Shown here: positions 56,642 through 60,561 of the stretch, piece by piece
Layout: every line of letters begins with the position of its first letter
Position numbering within the stretch: position 1 is the stretch's first letter
DNA from: a virus
Lineage: Duplodnaviria > Caudoviricetes
Length of the DNA: 60,561 nucleotides
IMG/VR virus record: IMGVR_UViG_3300037488_001994
Location: 1-60,561 of that record
Direction: 5' to 3' (one strand)
Notes under the pieces: generated by a model
The model's input: the letters and a program-made list of their open reading frames with translations, nothing else
The model's database searches: none
Told to the model about the DNA's origin: nothing
Translations under genes and position numbers: made by a program

Positions 56642-59600
56642 ATGAAAAGATATCTGATAATCTTAGGATTGTTGTTGTCTTTGAGTGGGTTTTCGCAAAT
56701 ATCACCGGCTTATCTTTATCGCGTAACTGACTCAACAACACAATTTGGCAGAACCATATCCGCCGGCGGTTTGATACTTGATATTCAGACCGGAAAGACT
56801 TATCGGATATTACAAAAGCAACTCAGTTCGAAAAAACTTGCTCTTCTAACGAAGAATGTTGATTATGTGGAATTGCTCACCGGATCAAATGTGAGTGCGG
56901 AAACCGGCGCTGGTGGCGCATGGCTCAAACTACTCAATTCCGATGGATCGAAGGATAGCGTTATGCTATATGCTGGCAGTAATATGACCATCATGCAACT
57001 TGACGCCAATAATATTGTTTTCAATTCCACCGGAACGGCCGGAGCGTCTTCGATTTTTGCCGCGGATACAACCGGAGGGGCATTGTTTATCCATAATGGT
57101 TCAGATGGCTCAAATGATACCATTTATCTTAGGCAGAATGGTAATGTCACTATCAGTTATTTGAATGATTCTGTTATCAATTTTGAGGCCCTTGTTTATA
57201 CCTATGACCTTTCGGTGGTGGATCATACCGGAGATATTTGGATAAAGAATTACGCGGCACCGGAGGAAAGAGATAGTATCAATATTATTGGTGGTGGAAC
57301 AACAACCGTTACCATGACTTCGGAGCATGCCTTAACAATATCATCTACCGGTGGCGGTGCAACCTATACCGTATCGGCAGAGGCCGGAACCGGTGGTGCA
57401 TATATGAAAATCCTGGGGTCCGATGGATCAAAGGATAGTGTAAAGTTGGCTGATGGTACCAATACGACAGTAACCATGACAGATGCCAACACGATAACCT
57501 TTTCTTCGCTTGATACCGGTGCCACTTATTCAATGTCGGCAGAAACCGGTACCGGAGGATCATTTATAAAGATATTGGGTTCAGATGGGTCCAAGGATAG
57601 CGTAAAGTTGATCGAAGGAACAAACATGTCTATTACCAGGACCGATGCCAATAGTATCACATTTGATGCCAGCGGTGGAGCCGGAGCAACCTATACCATG
57701 TCGGCAGAAACAGGAGTTGGGGGTTCATATATAAAAATTCTCGGTTCAGATGGTTCAAAGGATTCAGTTTTGCTCGCCAATGGAACTAAGATCGCAATTA
57801 CCAGGACCGATGCCAATACAATTACAGTAAATGGATCGACAGATATTGAGGTAATGACAAAAGAGCCGACAGGATTTCCTGACAGGACTCTTTCCCATAT
57901 CGCATTTACGAACCACGACAGAGAGTTTAAAATATCAGGGGATTTCCTTACTTACTACCAGGGTACCAGGAGGGTCGAAGAAACAGATTCATTGACTATT
58001 ACCGATGTTAGCGGATTGCACTATTTATATTTCAATTCATCCGATGTGCTGGTAGAATTAGTAAATAGTTTTCCTGGATTTGACCAGGTATTAACGGCTT
58101 TTATTTATTGGAACGCAACTACTCAGCGCGGATTACTTTTCGATGAACGGCATGGGATGGTTATGGATTGGAGAACGCATGAAATATTTCATGAGGGTAT
58201 TGGCCCCAGGTATGTTTCCGGATTTGGAGCAACATTTGGTAACACCACTTTTTCAATAGACGGAGGCGAATGGTATGATGATGATTTAGAGCATATTACT
58301 ACCACGAAAACGACTAATACCGTAATTTGGAAGGATGGTTCAGCGATTGTAAAATGGGATACTCTTCAAACCACATATTATAAGCGGTCCGGTAATAATT
58401 TGCAGTATAACACCGGAACAACCCTAAGTACATGCAATGCCACTAATCAGTATGTTGCTTATTGGGTTTTTGCCACAAACGACAGTTTAATGCCAATCGC
58501 TACTTTGATTGGTCAACGAGTAGATAACACATTGAATAATGCAAGAACCAATAACACATTTGCATCAGTATCCGTTGGAACATTGCCTTTTATGGAAATG
58601 AAGATACTGTACCGTGTGATTATGAAAAATGAGAATGTTCCGATTCAATCGGATGTTTTGGACCTGAGAACAGGAGGATCGATTTCCGGAACAACCTATG
58701 TTCAAACAACTCACGGTGGGTTAAGTGGATTAACCGCTGATGACCATTTACAATATCTTCTCCGCATTGATTTCGGTGATTCAATTCAGCCAACAAGAGA
58801 TAGTTTGGCAACTGCTTATAATAGAACATACGGTATTTCTTCCGAAACCGGAACCGGTGGGTCGTGGCTTAAACTCCTATCTTCAACAGGAATAAAAGAT
58901 AGCGTTAAGTTTGCCGCTGGAACAAATATGACCTCTATTGTCCGGACCGATGCAAACACAATAACCTTCAATGCCGCCGCTGGTGGCGCTACCTATGGCA
59001 TATCCGCGGAAACCGGTACCGGTGGATCGTGGATGAAGATTCTCGGCTCGGACGGATCGAAAGATTCTGTTAAACTTGCCGAAGGAACGAATATGACGAT
59101 CACCAGGACTGACGCAAATACGATCACCTTTACGGCCGCTGGAGGCGGAGTTACTTACGGCATATCTGCCCAAACAGGAACCGGAGGAGCGTTTATTAAG
59201 TTGCTCGGATCGGATGCCTCAAAAGACTCTATAAAACTTGTTGCCGGTACGAATATCACAAGTATTATCCGGACCAATGATTCTATAATTACGATCAACG
59301 CGGACACCCAGGGCGCGGTTGGCCTGGTGGATGATATCAATTTTGAATTTGCGGATATTGTTTATGGTGTTTCACAGACCTATACCCTGGATATCAAAGC
59401 AAGTTATGGGTACACGATAACCTCAGCAGTATTAGAAACGGATACCGGAACATTAACCGGCATTGCAGTAAAAATAAATACTACCGCGGTAACAAGTCTT
59501 TCCAGCGTTACCGCTGATAGTGGAGCAGATGAAACAAACGCCACCGGTGCCAATACGGTTGTTGCCGGTGATCGGGTTTACATTATTACGGCGATCACCT

Positions 59601-59653
59601 ATACCGGTGCGCCAACGGTTTTGCGAGGGAAACTGAAAATAACTCGGACATAA
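56642..59653 (+). CDS. Repeat-containing tail fibre-like protein with signal peptide
   Basis: MKRYLIILGLLLSLSGFS|Q; about nine ~50-aa repeats (TY.ISAETGTGG..KILGSDGSKDSVKL..GTN.TITRTDANTITF); HGGLSGLTADDHLQY fibre motif. Confidence 0.75.
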   Translation: MKRYLIILGLLLSLSGFSQISPAYLYRVTDSTTQFGRTISAGGLILDIQTGKTYRILQKQLSSKKLALLTKNVDYVELLTGSNVSAETGAGGAWLKLLNSDGSKDSVMLYAGSNMTIMQLDANNIVFNSTGTAGASSIFAADTTGGALFIHNGSDGSNDTIYLRQNGNVTISYLNDSVINFEALVYTYDLSVVDHTGDIWIKNYAAPEERDSINIIGGGTTTVTMTSEHALTISSTGGGATYTVSAEAGTGGAYMKILGSDGSKDSVKLADGTNTTVTMTDANTITFSSLDTGATYSMSAETGTGGSFIKILGSDGSKDSVKLIEGTNMSITRTDANSITFDASGGAGATYTMSAETGVGGSYIKILGSDGSKDSVLLANGTKIAITRTDANTITVNGSTDIEVMTKEPTGFPDRTLSHIAFTNHDREFKISGDFLTYYQGTRRVEETDSLTITDVSGLHYLYFNSSDVLVELVNSFPGFDQVLTAFIYWNATTQRGLLFDERHGMVMDWRTHEIFHEGIGPRYVSGFGATFGNTTFSIDGGEWYDDDLEHITTTKTTNTVIWKDGSAIVKWDTLQTTYYKRSGNNLQYNTGTTLSTCNATNQYVAYWVFATNDSLMPIATLIGQRVDNTLNNARTNNTFASVSVGTLPFMEMKILYRVIMKNENVPIQSDVLDLRTGGSISGTTYVQTTHGGLSGLTADDHLQYLLRIDFGDSIQPTRDSLATAYNRTYGISSETGTGGSWLKLLSSTGIKDSVKFAAGTNMTSIVRTDANTITFNAAAGGATYGISAETGTGGSWMKILGSDGSKDSVKLAEGTNMTITRTDANTITFTAAGGGVTYGISAQTGTGGAFIKLLGSDASKDSIKLVAGTNITSIIRTNDSIITINADTQGAVGLVDDINFEFADIVYGVSQTYTLDIKASYGYTITSAVLETDTGTLTGIAVKINTTAVTSLSSVTADSGADETNATGANTVVAGDRVYIITAITYTGAPTVLRGKLKITRT

Positions 59654-60561
59654 TGGGAAGAAATTTTTATATTCCGGCGGTGAACAGGCCTTTCATAACT
59701 GAATGGACTGTATCCGGTGACGCTACTGCGAGAACGATTACCCTGCCATTAATAAACACCAGGACGGAGGGCGCACTTGTTTACAACTTTACTGTTGATT
59801 GGGGCGATGGAACCGCAAGAGGCGATGTTAATGCATATAATTCGGCGGCCCGCGTACACACTTACGCGAGCAATGGAACCTATCAGGTAACCATAACAGG
59901 CGTTTGTGAAGGTTGGAGTTTTAATAATGTTGGAGATAAGTTAAAAATAACGAAAGTCATAAGTTGGGGCGGTGGAACACGATACCGAGGATACAGATAC
60001 CTTTTTGGAGGGTTCTATGGATGTTCCAATTTAACAAGTATTCCACTTGGAGGGATTCCGGCATCGGGTACAGGGTGCTTATCTCAAGGATTTAGTTATA
60101 TTTTTTACGGATGTTCAAAACTCACAGCCATACCTCATGATATTTTCCGCCATCATACCAGCGTTACAGGCGGTTTTCAGTATGCTTTTGCCAGTTGTAC
60201 TGCATGGACAGGAGAAATTCCTGGGGATTTATTTGCCTATAATACCGCAGTTAATTTTGATGGAGCCTTTCAGAGCACTTTCAGTTCGTGTAGTGGATTA
60301 ACCTCTATCGGATCGGGTCTTTTTACAAATAATACCCTTGTTACTACAAAGGCGTTTTATCAGACATTCAATAATTGTTCCAAAATTACGAATATTCCGA
60401 GCGATCTTTTTGATACGAATACATTGGTTTCGACCGAAGCATTTTATGGAACTTTTAGTAGTTGCTCTCTAATCGCTGGAGCCATTCCTTCGGGATTATT
60501 TGATAATAATACGGCAGTAACAACTAAGGGGTTTATGAAAACTTTTGAAAACTGCTCAAAA
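59653..60561 (+). CDS. PKD-like plus BspA-type leucine-rich-repeat protein, putative receptor-binding protein (runs off the window end; not in the ORF track)
   Basis: TAATG overlap at 59651-59655; FTVDWGDG..HTYASNGTYQVTITG then repeats such as FYGCSNLTSIP, FSSCSGLTSIGSGLF, FNNCSKITNIPSDLF. Confidence 0.8.
   Translation, partial: MGRNFYIPAVNRPFITEWTVSGDATARTITLPLINTRTEGALVYNFTVDWGDGTARGDVNAYNSAARVHTYASNGTYQVTITGVCEGWSFNNVGDKLKITKVISWGGGTRYRGYRYLFGGFYGCSNLTSIPLGGIPASGTGCLSQGFSYIFYGCSKLTAIPHDIFRHHTSVTGGFQYAFASCTAWTGEIPGDLFAYNTAVNFDGAFQSTFSSCSGLTSIGSGLFTNNTLVTTKAFYQTFNNCSKITNIPSDLFDTNTLVSTEAFYGTFSSCSLIAGAIPSGLFDNNTAVTTKGFMKTFENCSK

Noticed and set aside
56880-59310. Nucleotide repeats considered as a CRISPR array or DGR template/variable repeats
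   Set aside because: They are in-frame, degenerate protein repeats; no constant repeat-spacer structure, no adenine-specific pattern, no RT or cas genes seen
60047-60301. 84-aa plus-strand ORF in the track
   Set aside because: Out-of-frame overlap with the longer PKD-LRR gene starting at 59653
1-60561. tRNA/rRNA genes, integrase, lysis genes, stop-codon reassignment
   Set aside because: None recognised; known genes are intact under the standard code. Lysis and integration genes may lie outside the window

Overview
The window is part of a tailed dsDNA phage or prophage genome with a podovirus-like layout. The host is probably in Bacteroidota, judging from TTTG/TAnnTTTG promoters, A-rich leaders without Shine-Dalgarno sequences, and signal peptides followed by Gln. 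In order it holds: a putative ejection protein; a 5590-aa polyvalent/DarB-like protein (SF2 helicase, N6-adenine MTase, JAB, zincin-like motif, PRTase, LPD38-like end); a P22-type portal; a recombination/replication operon (RecE-like, RecT, O-like initiator with iterons, VRR-NUC, NinB/NinG-like, DUF5131, WbpB-like oxidoreductase, SSB); a divergent cluster of small putative early genes driven by two mirror-image ECF-type promoters; a leftward late operon (TerL, SAM MTase, two glycosyltransferases, Stealth-like protein, Tad1 homologue, WbpI/WecB-like epimerase); and a rightward head/tail operon. The most striking signal is that three consecutive tail-region proteins carry Sec/SPI-type signal peptides and many Bacteroidota O-glycosylation sequons (18 in the 1003-aa fibre). 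The phage also encodes its own nucleotide-sugar and glycosyltransferase genes. Together these suggest a possible export-and-glycosylate route for virion fibres. All family calls come from motif recognition by eye; no database searches were run.
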